From an uncultured Gammaproteobacteria bacterium (GTDB taxonomy: Bacteria > Patescibacteriota > Patescibacteriia > Magasanikbacterales > UBA922), in the NCBI GenBank assembly GCA_964522435.1, contig CAZFUL010000001.1, positions 188,278-252,277 of the forward strand: DNA of 64,000 nucleotides, given 5' to 3'. Both the position numbers and the translations under genes were made by a program. Positions 29,935-38,969 of this stretch are shown here, piece by piece (position 1 is the first letter of the stretch; every line of letters begins with the position of its first letter). The notes beneath the pieces are model-generated. The model searched no databases, had not been told where the DNA came from, and saw nothing but the letters and a program-made list of their open reading frames with translations.

Positions 29935-30056
29935 ATAATGTTTAGGATATCATGAGTATCCTGAACATTCAATAATTTTTTTGGCCCTGGGGACGCGGTT
30001 CACGGAGGTGTATATCGTGATGCAGCGTCCCTAGGGGAGTCTCCTTGCCTGTTTTT

Positions 30057-30476
30057 TCACTTGAGCGTGAGCCGTTGCGACTGCAGGAATTCTTCCAGGT
30101 GTGCCCAGGCGACTGGGTCGAAACGGAAGATCGCCCGAATCGCGGCAGCGCGCCGTTCAAGCAAATCACCCACCGTGCAGATGTTTGCTTGAACAAGGAG
30201 CTGTTGTTCCTGGATCGTGAGCTGAGGGATTTGCGTGATGCCCAGGCGACGAATGCTAGTTCCTGCCTTGACTAAGGCAAGAGAAAACCCAGCGCTCGCC
30301 AGGATGGTGGTAACTTCCGCGAGGCATTTTTCGCCAAAACGCGGGATCTCAAGAAGCTCCGCTGCCGTCTTTTTGACGAGATCACGAACCTTAATGATCC
30401 CTGCTCCGATCAAACGGTCTTTTGCCCATTGGCTCAGTTCTCGCAATTGAGCAATATTGGTCTTCATCTCAAGCAT
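30057..30476 (-). CDS. Stand-alone tandem RNA polymerase alpha-CTD-like protein (cassette F)
   Basis: LSQWAKDRLIGAGIIKVRDLVKKTAAELLEIPRFGEKCLAEV matches the alpha-CTD pattern; second degenerate copy LLVQANICTVGDLLERR. Confidence 0.8.
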   Translation of the reverse strand: MLEMKTNIAQLRELSQWAKDRLIGAGIIKVRDLVKKTAAELLEIPRFGEKCLAEVTTILASAGFSLALVKAGTSIRRLGITQIPQLTIQEQQLLVQANICTVGDLLERRAAAIRAIFRFDPVAWAHLEEFLQSQRLTLK

Positions 30477-30529
30477 GGAATGCCCTCCGTTCTGTGGTCT
30501 GTATCGCTTACGGTATATGAATTGCGCAT

Positions 30530-30558
30530 ACTATAAAAATCTGAGCGTATTTTGTCAA
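30530..30558 (-). promoter_or_regulatory. Sigma70 promoter, cassette F
   Basis: TTGACA-17 nt-TATAGT; GGAGG SD before the ATG. Confidence 0.85.
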
Positions 30559-30658
30559 GAAATACCTTTTTTCTTTTTATTTTTGTCTACCTTGTTTTTT
30601 CACCCTCTATTTGCTATACTCATGCCATACATTGAAAAAATATTTTTTATTGTACCGT

Positions 30659-31387
30659 ATGTCTGTATTGTGGCATGACTATTTGTATCAGCCGGTGTTT
30701 AACGGCCTTATTTGGATATATAATAATTGGACTGATCAAAACATGGGTTGGGCCATTGTGTATTTAACCGTGTTATTACGGACAGCCTTACTCCCTTTTA
30801 CCTTAGTAAATGAATTTGCTGAAATTAAAAATACAGAACTAAGTAAAGATGTTGCGCGTATTAATAAAGAGTTGGCAAATGATCCCATTTTAAAAAATGA
30901 AGAAATTCGTCGTGTATTAAAAAAAAGAAAAGTCCATCCTTGGGCAAAGGTAGTCGTTATCGGTATTCAATTAGTCGTATTGATTCTTTTATACCAAGTG
31001 TTTTTGCGAGGAATTACCGGAGAAAAAATATTAGATATTCTTTATAGTAGTGTCGAGTTTCCAGGAAAAATTAACACCATGTTTTTTGGATTTGATTTAG
31101 GACAAACCCATGATTTATTTTGGTCAGGCTTGGTGGGGATATTTTTAATGGCAGAGATATATATTGGATTTAGAACCAGAAAAGGCGTATTAGAAAAAGG
31201 CGATCTTGCGTATTTTATTCTTTTTCCTGTCGCAGTATTTATCCCATTATTTGTGTTGCCCATGGTGAAATCCTTATTTGTGTTAACCTCTATTGTGTAT
31301 TCTGCACTTATTCACGTCATTATCCAATTATTTTTTCATTCAAATAAAAAAGAAGAAGAGGCATCGACAGCCCCCCCAAAAGCATAG
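30659..31387 (+). CDS. YidC/Oxa1-family-like membrane protein
   Basis: NMGWAIVYLTVLLRTALLP, coiled-coil hairpin, VHPW, IQLVVLILLY. Confidence 0.75.
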   Translation: MSVLWHDYLYQPVFNGLIWIYNNWTDQNMGWAIVYLTVLLRTALLPFTLVNEFAEIKNTELSKDVARINKELANDPILKNEEIRRVLKKRKVHPWAKVVVIGIQLVVLILLYQVFLRGITGEKILDILYSSVEFPGKINTMFFGFDLGQTHDLFWSGLVGIFLMAEIYIGFRTRKGVLEKGDLAYFILFPVAVFIPLFVLPMVKSLFVLTSIVYSALIHVIIQLFFHSNKKEEEASTAPPKA

Positions 31388-31426
31388 TATACTTATGCTA
31401 CCTCTGTTTCGTTTAATAAATCTATT

Positions 31427-32017
31427 ATGAGCCAATCGCTAGATAAATTAATGTATTCCTTTGTGATGGAGGATGTGTTGAAAGGGTTTTTTATTTATGT
31501 TCCCCCTGGATATGTTGCCTGTGTCTATGACCTTGGGCGTGGCGTGTTAAAAAAAGTATTGACTCCCGGATTGCATTTTAAAATTCCGTTTTGGCAAAAA
31601 GCAAAATTATTTAATACCCAAACATTGGAATATAGTATTAGTCGCAGTTTTAATCCACAAAATGAAAAAGCCATGGGAGATATTCCTATTGCGGCGATTA
31701 CCGAAGATGGGAACCGTATTGGGGTAGAAGGAACTATTTTATTGCGTTTGGATATTCATCAAATTCCTGCCATTTGGCAAACCATAGGAGAAGACTTTGT
31801 GGCAAAGATTATTCGTCCAACCGTACGCAGTCGTATTCGTATGGTGGGAAGTCGTTTTAGTCAGCAAGAAATTTCTGGAGCAAAACGAGATGCGGTAGAA
31901 ATTGAATTAAAAAATGAGCTCGAACGTATTTTTTACTCTCGGGGTATTTTTGTGGAAAATGTGCTTTTAAGTGAAGTAGCTCCGATACAAGAATACGATA
32001 GAACCGCGAAAGAATAA
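31427..32017 (+). CDS. SPFH/band 7 (prohibitin-like) protein
   Basis: VPPGYVACV, PGLHFKIPF, IIRPTVRSRIR, GIFVENVLL. Confidence 0.85.
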   Translation: MSQSLDKLMYSFVMEDVLKGFFIYVPPGYVACVYDLGRGVLKKVLTPGLHFKIPFWQKAKLFNTQTLEYSISRSFNPQNEKAMGDIPIAAITEDGNRIGVEGTILLRLDIHQIPAIWQTIGEDFVAKIIRPTVRSRIRMVGSRFSQQEISGAKRDAVEIELKNELERIFYSRGIFVENVLLSEVAPIQEYDRTAKE

Positions 32018-32108
32018 TATTCTCTTATATATAAAAAATCCCTGATACGCTCAGGGGTTTTTTGTTATGGAAGGCGCGCAAAAGATGCCGAGATTCTTTT
32101 GCGCGCCG

Positions 32109-32357
32109 CTACACGACTCGGGCAAGATATACAATGGTTCGTTTGCCTTCGTCCTTGGGAGGGAAATAAGTTCCCCACACCAGTGTTCCCTTTAAGAAGG
32201 AATCTACCTTTGCTTCTGAAATAACCAACACGCAGCGGCAGTAGTCATGATGGACCGAGAAGTAGCGGCTTTTGCCAATAGCACAGCTATCTATCGTGGC
32301 ATCGACTACAACCAGTCGATTGCTGCTTTTCAAGAGCATTTCTAAACGGTAAATCAC
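32109..32357 (-). CDS. Orphan 82-aa protein (cassette G)
   Basis: GTG start, AGGAGAGG SD inside a hairpin, own promoter, 13-bp GC hairpin right after the stop (32073..32107). Confidence 0.65.
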   Translation of the reverse strand: MIYRLEMLLKSSNRLVVVDATIDSCAIGKSRYFSVHHDYCRCVLVISEAKVDSFLKGTLVWGTYFPPKDEGKRTIVYLARVV

Positions 32358-32385
32358 GGCCTCTCCTTTTCAAAAAGGGGAGAGG

Positions 32386-32414
32386 AGTATACTGCTTGGA
32401 AGGAGGGGTGTCAA
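32386..32414 (-). promoter_or_regulatory. Sigma70 promoter, cassette G
   Basis: TTGACA-17 nt-TATACT. Confidence 0.85.
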
Positions 32415-32458
32415 TGGATTGTGGATAAGCTATTGACGATAAAAAGAGATCTGTGGTA

Positions 32459-32485
32459 TTATCACTCTATATATAAGAGTGATAG
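32459..32485 (+). promoter_or_regulatory. CIRCE operator (variant)
   Basis: TTATCACTC-N9-GAGTGATAG versus consensus TTAGCACTC-N9-GAGTGCTAA; ends 9 nt upstream of hrcA and overlaps its -10 box. Confidence 0.85.
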
Positions 32486-32494
32486 CATTTCCCT

Positions 32495-33181
32495 ATGCTG
32501 ACTGAAAGAAAAGAACATTTATTACAGCTCGTTGTTGAGCATTTTATTGATACAGTTCAGCCAATTGCATCTCGTTTTTTAATTGATCAAGAAGCCTTAG
32601 ATATTGGTGAAGCAACGGTACGGAATGAACTACGGGCGCTCGAAGAAGCTGGGTACTTAACCCATCCACATACCTCAGCAGGGCGTATGCCAACAGAATT
32701 AGGGTATCAGTATTATGTAGAGCATATTATGAAACCTGCCACGGTTTCTCACCAAGAACAGCAACATCTCAATACTCTTTGTAACCAACCAGAAACCGAG
32801 CGTCGTTTGCAGATAAAATCAGTAGCAAAATGGTGTAGCGAGGCAAGTGGTAATGCGGTTATTGTCTCTTTTAATGAAGACAGTATGTATTACACAGGCA
32901 TGTCGAATTTATTCGCACAACCAGAGTTTCAAAATTATGCCCACACCGTACAGGTCTCTCGTATCTTTGATCATTGTGAAGAAAAAATGTCCGATATCGT
33001 TCCATTACTTCAAGAACAACAAGTCCATACCTTTATTGGACAAAAAAATCCCTTGGGGGCAGCTTGTTCCACTATTGCGGTGGCGCTTAGTCAAGGAGAA
33101 ACATTTTTGTTTTTAGGTCCTATGCGTATGAATTATAAACAAAACACGGCTCGCGCCGCGTATATACAACAGTATCTTTAA
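32495..33181 (+). CDS. hrcA: Heat-inducible transcription repressor HrcA (short form)
   Basis: ATVRNEL, HPHTSAGRMPT, LGPMRMNY. Confidence 0.93.
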   Translation: MLTERKEHLLQLVVEHFIDTVQPIASRFLIDQEALDIGEATVRNELRALEEAGYLTHPHTSAGRMPTELGYQYYVEHIMKPATVSHQEQQHLNTLCNQPETERRLQIKSVAKWCSEASGNAVIVSFNEDSMYYTGMSNLFAQPEFQNYAHTVQVSRIFDHCEEKMSDIVPLLQEQQVHTFIGQKNPLGAACSTIAVALSQGETFLFLGPMRMNYKQNTARAAYIQQYL

Positions 33182-33193
33182 TCTGATTATCCT

Positions 33194-33712
33194 ATGAATC
33201 AACAACACGACGAGGCCGTAGTGCCAGAAGAAACAATCGATGAGAGTGTGCAAGAACAGGCAACGCCGGTTCAGTCAGAAACAAACATTGACTACAAAGA
33301 AAAATGGCTACGCGCGCAAGCTGATTATCAAAATTTAACAAAAGAGATAAGTACGCAAAAAAAAGATTGGATCCGCATGAGTGAAATGCAAATAGTAGAA
33401 GAGTTTATTCCCATTTATGAAAATTTTAAAAAAGCGTTTGCGCATAGTGTCGCTGATTCGCATGCACAATGGGAAAATTGGCAAAAAGGCATTGGCTTTA
33501 TTATGAAACAATATTGGGATATGCTTTCTTCCCATGGCGTGCAAGAAATTAAAACCACGGGAACCCCATTTGATCATCACCTCCATGAAGCCTTACAAGA
33601 AGAAGCAGCAGAGGATGTGGAAGACGGAGTAATCATTCGAGAATTAAGTGGGGGCTATATGATGTATGACAAAGTTATTATTCCGGCAAAAGTGGTGGTT
33701 TGTCGCAAATAA
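33194..33712 (+). CDS. grpE: Nucleotide exchange factor GrpE
   Basis: LRAQADYQN, FDHHLHEA, GYMMYDKVIIPAKVVV. Confidence 0.94.
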   Translation: MNQQHDEAVVPEETIDESVQEQATPVQSETNIDYKEKWLRAQADYQNLTKEISTQKKDWIRMSEMQIVEEFIPIYENFKKAFAHSVADSHAQWENWQKGIGFIMKQYWDMLSSHGVQEIKTTGTPFDHHLHEALQEEAAEDVEDGVIIRELSGGYMMYDKVIIPAKVVVCRK

Positions 33713-33751
33713 CAAATAGCATCTCTATCGTATTCTTAATTATATTGCGTT

Positions 33752-34189
33752 ATGACACTTATTCGTTGGTCACCGAATTGGGACCCATTTGCAGATATGG
33801 AACAAGTAATGAATCGTTTACCTTCCGTTGTGCCACATGGCGGCCATGCGCTCGCTACCTTTGTTCCTGCCGTTGATTTGTATGAAACAAAAGAGGCCTT
33901 AGTGGTAGAAACCCATTTAGCAGGTATGCACCCGCAAGATGTTCATGTGAGTGTTGAACATGGGGTGCTCACCATTAGTGGAGAAAGTAAAAAAGAACGT
34001 GAGGTGGAAGAAAAAAATTATTATAGAAAAGAAACACGCTCTGGTTCATTTCACCGACAAGTACCACTGCCGGTTCCCATAAAAGAAGAAAGTATTGTTG
34101 CAGAATTTGAAGAAGGTATTTTAAAAATTACCTGTCCCAAAGCAAATAGTAGTGATCCAAAAACAATTCCAGTTCAGATTAAAAAATAA
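33752..34189 (+). CDS. Small heat shock protein (Hsp20/alpha-crystallin)
   Basis: PAVDLYET, GVLTISGE, GSFHRQVPLP, GILKITCPK. Confidence 0.94.
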   Translation: MTLIRWSPNWDPFADMEQVMNRLPSVVPHGGHALATFVPAVDLYETKEALVVETHLAGMHPQDVHVSVEHGVLTISGESKKEREVEEKNYYRKETRSGSFHRQVPLPVPIKEESIVAEFEEGILKITCPKANSSDPKTIPVQIKK

Positions 34190-34273
34190 TTATTCACGGA
34201 GGGGTGCGTTTTGAGGTCTAAAGCACCCAAAACGCACTCGTTCCATTTATTCATTGTCGTTATACACATTGAT

Positions 34274-36208
34274 ATGCCAAAAATTTTAGGAATAGATCTT
34301 GGTACCACAAACTCCTGCATGGCAATTGTAGAAGGTGGTCAACCAAAAGTATTAGAAAATAAAGAAGGAAATCGCACAACCCCATCAATGGTCGCTTTTT
34401 CTAAAACAGGAGAACGTCTTGTTGGTCAATTAGCAAAACGCCAATCAGTAACGAATCCGGCGAATACCTTATTTTCTATTAAACGTCTTATTGGTCGCAA
34501 TCCAAACGATAAACAAGTTGCCGACGTAAAAGAACATGCACCATACAAAGTAGTTACAGAAGGTGATCGTATTAAAATTCAGTTAGGAGATAAAACCTAC
34601 TTTCCGCCAGAAATTTCTGCCATGGTATTACAAAAATTAAAATCAGATGCAGAAGAAAAATTAGGCGAAACAATTACGCAAGCAGTTATTACTGTTCCTG
34701 CGTATTTTGATGATTCTCAACGACAAGCAACAAAACAAGCAGGAGAAATTGCTGGGCTAGAAGTATTGCGCGTGATTAATGAACCTACTGCTGCTGCGTT
34801 TGCGTACGGATTTGATAAAACCACTGATCAAAAAATTCTTGTGTACGATTTAGGAGGAGGAACTTTTGATGTATCTGTGCTTGATATTTCTCATGATAAA
34901 GAAGATGGTCATTCTACGGTAGAAGTATTAGCAACGAACGGCGATACCCATTTAGGCGGAGATGATTTTGATAAAAAAATCATTGAATGGATGTTAGCTG
35001 AATTCAAAAAAACAGAAGGCGTTGATTTATCAAAAGATGCCTTGTCTCTCCAACGCGTTAAAGATGCGGCAGAAAAAGCAAAAATTGAGCTTTCTAGTAC
35101 GCCAGAAAGTGAAATTAACGAACCGTTTATTACCTCAGGTGCAGATGGGCCAAAACATTTGAACATGAAATTGTCTCGTGCAAAATTAGAAGAACTCGTT
35201 GGTGAGTTAGTAGAAAAAAGCATGGGACCAGTAAAAAAATGTTTAGAAGATTCTGGAGTAGATAAGTCAGCTATTCAAGAAATTGTGATGGTTGGTGGTA
35301 TGACCCGCATGCCGCTTGTACAAAAAAAGGTAGAAGAATTTTTTGGCAAAAAACCAAATATTTCTGTGAATCCAGATGAAGTCGTCGCGATTGGTGCTGC
35401 CATTCAAGCCGGGCAGTTGCAAGGAGATTTAGGAAAAGATATTTTGTTGTTAGATGTTACGCCATTGTCTCTTGGTTTAGAAACCTTGGGTGGCGTTGCG
35501 ACTAAACTTATTGAACGAAATACCACCATTCCTACCAGCAAATCACAAGTGTTTTCTACCGCAGCAGATAATCAACCGAGTGTAGAAATTAATGTGGTGC
35601 AAGGAGAACGAGAAATGGCGACAGATAATAAATCGCTTGGACGCTTTGTCTTAGATGGTGTTCCACCAGCACCACGTGGGGTGCCACAAATTGAAGTGAC
35701 TTTTGATATTGATGCCAATGGTATTTTGAATGTTTCTGCAAAAGATAAAGGAACGGGTAAACAACAATCTATTCGTATAGAAGCATCGAGTGGTTTGTCT
35801 GACGAAGAAGTAGAACGCATGAAAAAAGATGCGGATATGCATGCAGAAGATGATAAAAAGAAACGAGAATTGATTGATGTAAAAAATACTGCAGATACCA
35901 TGATCTATACCACAGAAAAAATGATGAAAGAAGTGGAAGAAAAGAAAATTGAGATCACCGCAGAAGAAAAACAAAAAGTGGAAGATGGTTTGAAACAGGT
36001 AAAAGAAGCCTTGGAAAAAGGCGATATTGAACTGATCAAATCAGCGTCTGAAACCTTATCAAAAGATGCGCAAGCCGTTGGCATGAAAATGTATGCCGCT
36101 GCTTCCGCCTCTGCTGACGCTACGGCGGACAAATCTGCTCCTCAACCAGATGCAGCGAAAAAAGATGATGGAGCGGTAGAAGGAGAAGTTGTTGATGATA
36201 AGAAATAA
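34274..36208 (+). CDS. dnaK: Chaperone DnaK
   Basis: [32 protein letters not shown]; start reassigned to MPKILG. Confidence 0.98.
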   Translation: MPKILGIDLGTTNSCMAIVEGGQPKVLENKEGNRTTPSMVAFSKTGERLVGQLAKRQSVTNPANTLFSIKRLIGRNPNDKQVADVKEHAPYKVVTEGDRIKIQLGDKTYFPPEISAMVLQKLKSDAEEKLGETITQAVITVPAYFDDSQRQATKQAGEIAGLEVLRVINEPTAAAFAYGFDKTTDQKILVYDLGGGTFDVSVLDISHDKEDGHSTVEVLATNGDTHLGGDDFDKKIIEWMLAEFKKTEGVDLSKDALSLQRVKDAAEKAKIELSSTPESEINEPFITSGADGPKHLNMKLSRAKLEELVGELVEKSMGPVKKCLEDSGVDKSAIQEIVMVGGMTRMPLVQKKVEEFFGKKPNISVNPDEVVAIGAAIQAGQLQGDLGKDILLLDVTPLSLGLETLGGVATKLIERNTTIPTSKSQVFSTAADNQPSVEINVVQGEREMATDNKSLGRFVLDGVPPAPRGVPQIEVTFDIDANGILNVSAKDKGTGKQQSIRIEASSGLSDEEVERMKKDADMHAEDDKKKRELIDVKNTADTMIYTTEKMMKEVEEKKIEITAEEKQKVEDGLKQVKEALEKGDIELIKSASETLSKDAQAVGMKMYAAASASADATADKSAPQPDAAKKDDGAVEGEVVDDKK

Positions 36209-36272
36209 TCATGCCTAGTGCCGTTGCCCTTGAGAATATCGAGGGCAATACACTATTTTTGATTATCCTTAC

Positions 36273-36866
36273 ATGAACCGTATTATTACTTTTTTACTCA
36301 TTGCTGTTGTATTGTTAGGAACCGGTGTTGTTATTGGCTATACAAAAGCACGCTCTTCTGTACAAGAATCGCGTATCTCTGCTAATACTATTGTGCAAGA
36401 ATTGCAGCAAGAGGGATTTTTAGTTACCCAAAGTATGTTTGTACAAGAGCAGGTGAGTATAGAAAAAACAACGGGGAGTGCTATTAAAGATTTGTTTCTT
36501 GGCCAAACAATTAATGCTTCAGCCTTATTGCATATTGATGTGGGCGTAGATTTACAAAAATTGGCGGTAGAAGATGTTACCATTACTGATACCGGGATTA
36601 CGATTCAGGTACCGGCACCGGTTGTTCGTTCTGTCTCACTACGCGGTCCCATTACCTTAGAAAATAAACAGGGGATAGTAAAACGTCTTTTTGATAATGA
36701 TGATGGGTATAATGATGCCATTGCTTTATTTGATGAAAAAGGAAAACAAGTACTTACTAATGAAGACATACGAACAGCAGCAGAAGAAAATACTATTCGG
36801 CAAATACAGCGATTTGTTTCTTTATTGAGTGATACTGCTGAGGTGAGGGTGATTATACAATCGTAA
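36273..36866 (+). CDS. DUF4230-like membrane-anchored protein
   Basis: N-terminal TM helix, GVDLQKL...ITIQVPAP, AAEENT. Confidence 0.6.
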   Translation: MNRIITFLLIAVVLLGTGVVIGYTKARSSVQESRISANTIVQELQQEGFLVTQSMFVQEQVSIEKTTGSAIKDLFLGQTINASALLHIDVGVDLQKLAVEDVTITDTGITIQVPAPVVRSVSLRGPITLENKQGIVKRLFDNDDGYNDAIALFDEKGKQVLTNEDIRTAAEENTIRQIQRFVSLLSDTAEVRVIIQS

Positions 36867-36927
36867 GGGGTGAGGGGAGGTTGCCTACCTGCAGGGAGGC
36901 TCGCAATGACGTACTAATAAATACAAT

Positions 36928-37227
36928 ATGGAACAAAAACCAATGAAACAACCGACATCAATGCAAATTAAAGCGAAAGATGAAACTCTTTCAGGAACCT
37001 ATGCCAACGCTGCACAGGTACAACACACAAAAGAAGAATTTGTGTTAGACTTTATGAGTATCTTTCCTCCTGTAGGAACATTAAATAGCCGAGTTATTAT
37101 GAGCCCTGGTCATTTTAAGCGTATGATTTTGGCTATGCAAGATAATATACAAAAATACGAAAACAAATTTGGAGCTATTGATGAAGCACAAGGCCCAAAA
37201 TATGAACATGGGTTTCCTATCAAGTAA
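36928..37227 (+). CDS. DUF3467-like protein
   Basis: GTYANAAQVQHTKEEFVLDF, SRVIMSPGHFKR, YENKFG. Confidence 0.8.
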   Translation: MEQKPMKQPTSMQIKAKDETLSGTYANAAQVQHTKEEFVLDFMSIFPPVGTLNSRVIMSPGHFKRMILAMQDNIQKYENKFGAIDEAQGPKYEHGFPIK

Positions 37228-37262
37228 TTGTATTGTTTATTTTATATTAATAGAGAATTAAC

Positions 37263-38366
37263 ATGTCCAAAGACTACTACAAAACCCTTGGTATTGAAAA
37301 AGGTGCGAACCAAGAAGAAATAAAAAAAGCCTTTCGTAAATTAGCACACAAATTGCACCCAGATAAACCAACTGGGGACGAAGCAAAATTTAAAGAGATC
37401 AACGAAGCCTATCAAGTATTGGGTGATGAAACCAAACGAAAGCAATACGATCAATATGGGGCTGATTTTCAGCAGCAAGGTGGTTTTGGTGCTGGCATGA
37501 GTTGGGATGATTTTATGCGTGCTACGCGTGGACAAGGCGGACAACAAGCAGGTGGTTTCGATTTTGGCAATGTTGACTTGGGTGATATTTTTGGTGATAT
37601 GTTTGGCTTTGGTGGCGGACGCTCTCGTTCTCGCCAAGTGCAAGGCAGAGATATTCAAGTAGATGTGCAACTCTCTTTTCGCGAAGGGGTGTTTGGAACA
37701 GAAAAAGAAATTAAATTAACCAAACAAAATGCTTGTTCTGTCTGTGATGGGAGTGGCGCCGAACCAGGATCGAACATGAAACAGTGTGACCAGTGTGCTG
37801 GGCAAGGACAAGTGCGTCGGGTGCAGCAAACCATTATGGGCGCAATGCAAACGGTCGTCAACTGTTCCAGCTGCCAAGGCCAAGGAAGTTTTCCTGAAAA
37901 AAAATGTAAACATTGTGATGGCGTAGGCGCACAGCGCAGTGAGTCCAAAATGATGGTAAAAATACCTCAAGGCATTCACGATGGCGCAACGATTCGTTTA
38001 ACTGGAAAAGGGGAGCACCCGGGTGTTCGTGGGGTGGCTGGGGATTTGTATGTGGTTGTGCATATCCAACAAGACCAAAACTTTACCAGAGAAGAGAATG
38101 ATATTTTTACTACCGCCCATATTAATATATATCAAGCAATCATGGGAGATAAAATTCCTATTGAAACCTTAGAGGGAGAAAAGACTCTTGTTATTCCTGC
38201 CGGCACACAATCTCAACAAAAATTTAAATTGAAAGAATTAGGTGTTCCGTATTTGCGTGGCTCTGGACGAGGCGATCAATATGTAACAGTAATTGTTGAT
38301 ATTCCAAAAAAAGTGAATAAAAAAGCGAAACAATTGTTAGAAGAACTGAAAAAAGAATTAGATTAA
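37263..38366 (+). CDS. dnaJ: Chaperone DnaJ
   Basis: J-domain HPD motif, G/F-rich region, four CxxCxGxG motifs. Confidence 0.97.
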   Translation: MSKDYYKTLGIEKGANQEEIKKAFRKLAHKLHPDKPTGDEAKFKEINEAYQVLGDETKRKQYDQYGADFQQQGGFGAGMSWDDFMRATRGQGGQQAGGFDFGNVDLGDIFGDMFGFGGGRSRSRQVQGRDIQVDVQLSFREGVFGTEKEIKLTKQNACSVCDGSGAEPGSNMKQCDQCAGQGQVRRVQQTIMGAMQTVVNCSSCQGQGSFPEKKCKHCDGVGAQRSESKMMVKIPQGIHDGATIRLTGKGEHPGVRGVAGDLYVVVHIQQDQNFTREENDIFTTAHINIYQAIMGDKIPIETLEGEKTLVIPAGTQSQQKFKLKELGVPYLRGSGRGDQYVTVIVDIPKKVNKKAKQLLEELKKELD

Positions 38367-38402
38367 TAAAAAACGCCGGATGATTATCTGGCGTTTTTTA
38401 AT

Positions 38403-38517
38403 CACGTCATTGCGAGCCCCTAGGGCGAAGCAATCTCTAATAGAGGGTACTACGCACAAGGATGTATTTCACTCTATTAGAGATTGCTTCGTCGCTAACG
38501 CTCCTCGCAATGACGTG
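38403..38517. repeat. Palindromic REP/RPE-like element family A, copy 2
   Basis: Same terminal arms and inner stem as 13480..13603. Confidence 0.9.
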
Positions 38518-38560
38518 TATATATGGTTATATGTATCTTTAAACATTCGTAATCTTTTAT

Positions 38561-38968
38561 TTAAAAACTCAACTGATGATCCAAAATCGCATTCACTTCT
38601 TTATCTGCTTCAGTGTTTTGTTCTCGGGGAACATGGCGGAGCGTTACCTTATTAAATTCTTGAAGCGCATTATAGGCTTGAACAAATAATTTTTGTAACG
38701 TAGGTTCTTTTACTTTCCAATTTCCTTTGAGTTGCTCAATTACTAATTTACTATCAGCAATACATTCTACTTCTGTTGCACCCAGTTCTTTTGCTTTTCG
38801 TAATGCAGAAATCATCGCAGAGTATTCGGCAACATTATTCGTTTGTATCCCTAAATATTCACCGTATGCTGCTACTATTTGACCCTGCTCATTTTTAATA
38901 ACAACACCACTCGCTGCAGGGCCAGGGTTGCCTCGGGCACCACCATCGGTATAGGTATAGAGTTTCAT
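38561..38968 (-). CDS. rnhA: Ribonuclease HI (archaeal/actinobacterial type)
   Basis: DGGARGNPGPA, TNNVAEY, DSKLV, HVPREQNTEAD. Confidence 0.93.
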   Translation of the reverse strand: MKLYTYTDGGARGNPGPAASGVVIKNEQGQIVAAYGEYLGIQTNNVAEYSAMISALRKAKELGATEVECIADSKLVIEQLKGNWKVKEPTLQKLFVQAYNALQEFNKVTLRHVPREQNTEADKEVNAILDHQLSF

Positions 38969-38969
38969 A

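Noticed and set aside
29773-29972. ORFs of 60-64 aa on both strands
   Set aside because: They overlap the tRNA-Leu gene.
29025-30558. tRNA-anchored prophage or genomic island
   Set aside because: No integrase, phage gene or duplicated tRNA 3' end was seen.
38380-38655. 91-aa plus-strand ORF
   Set aside because: It is a translation of the family A palindrome and the antisense strand of rnhA.
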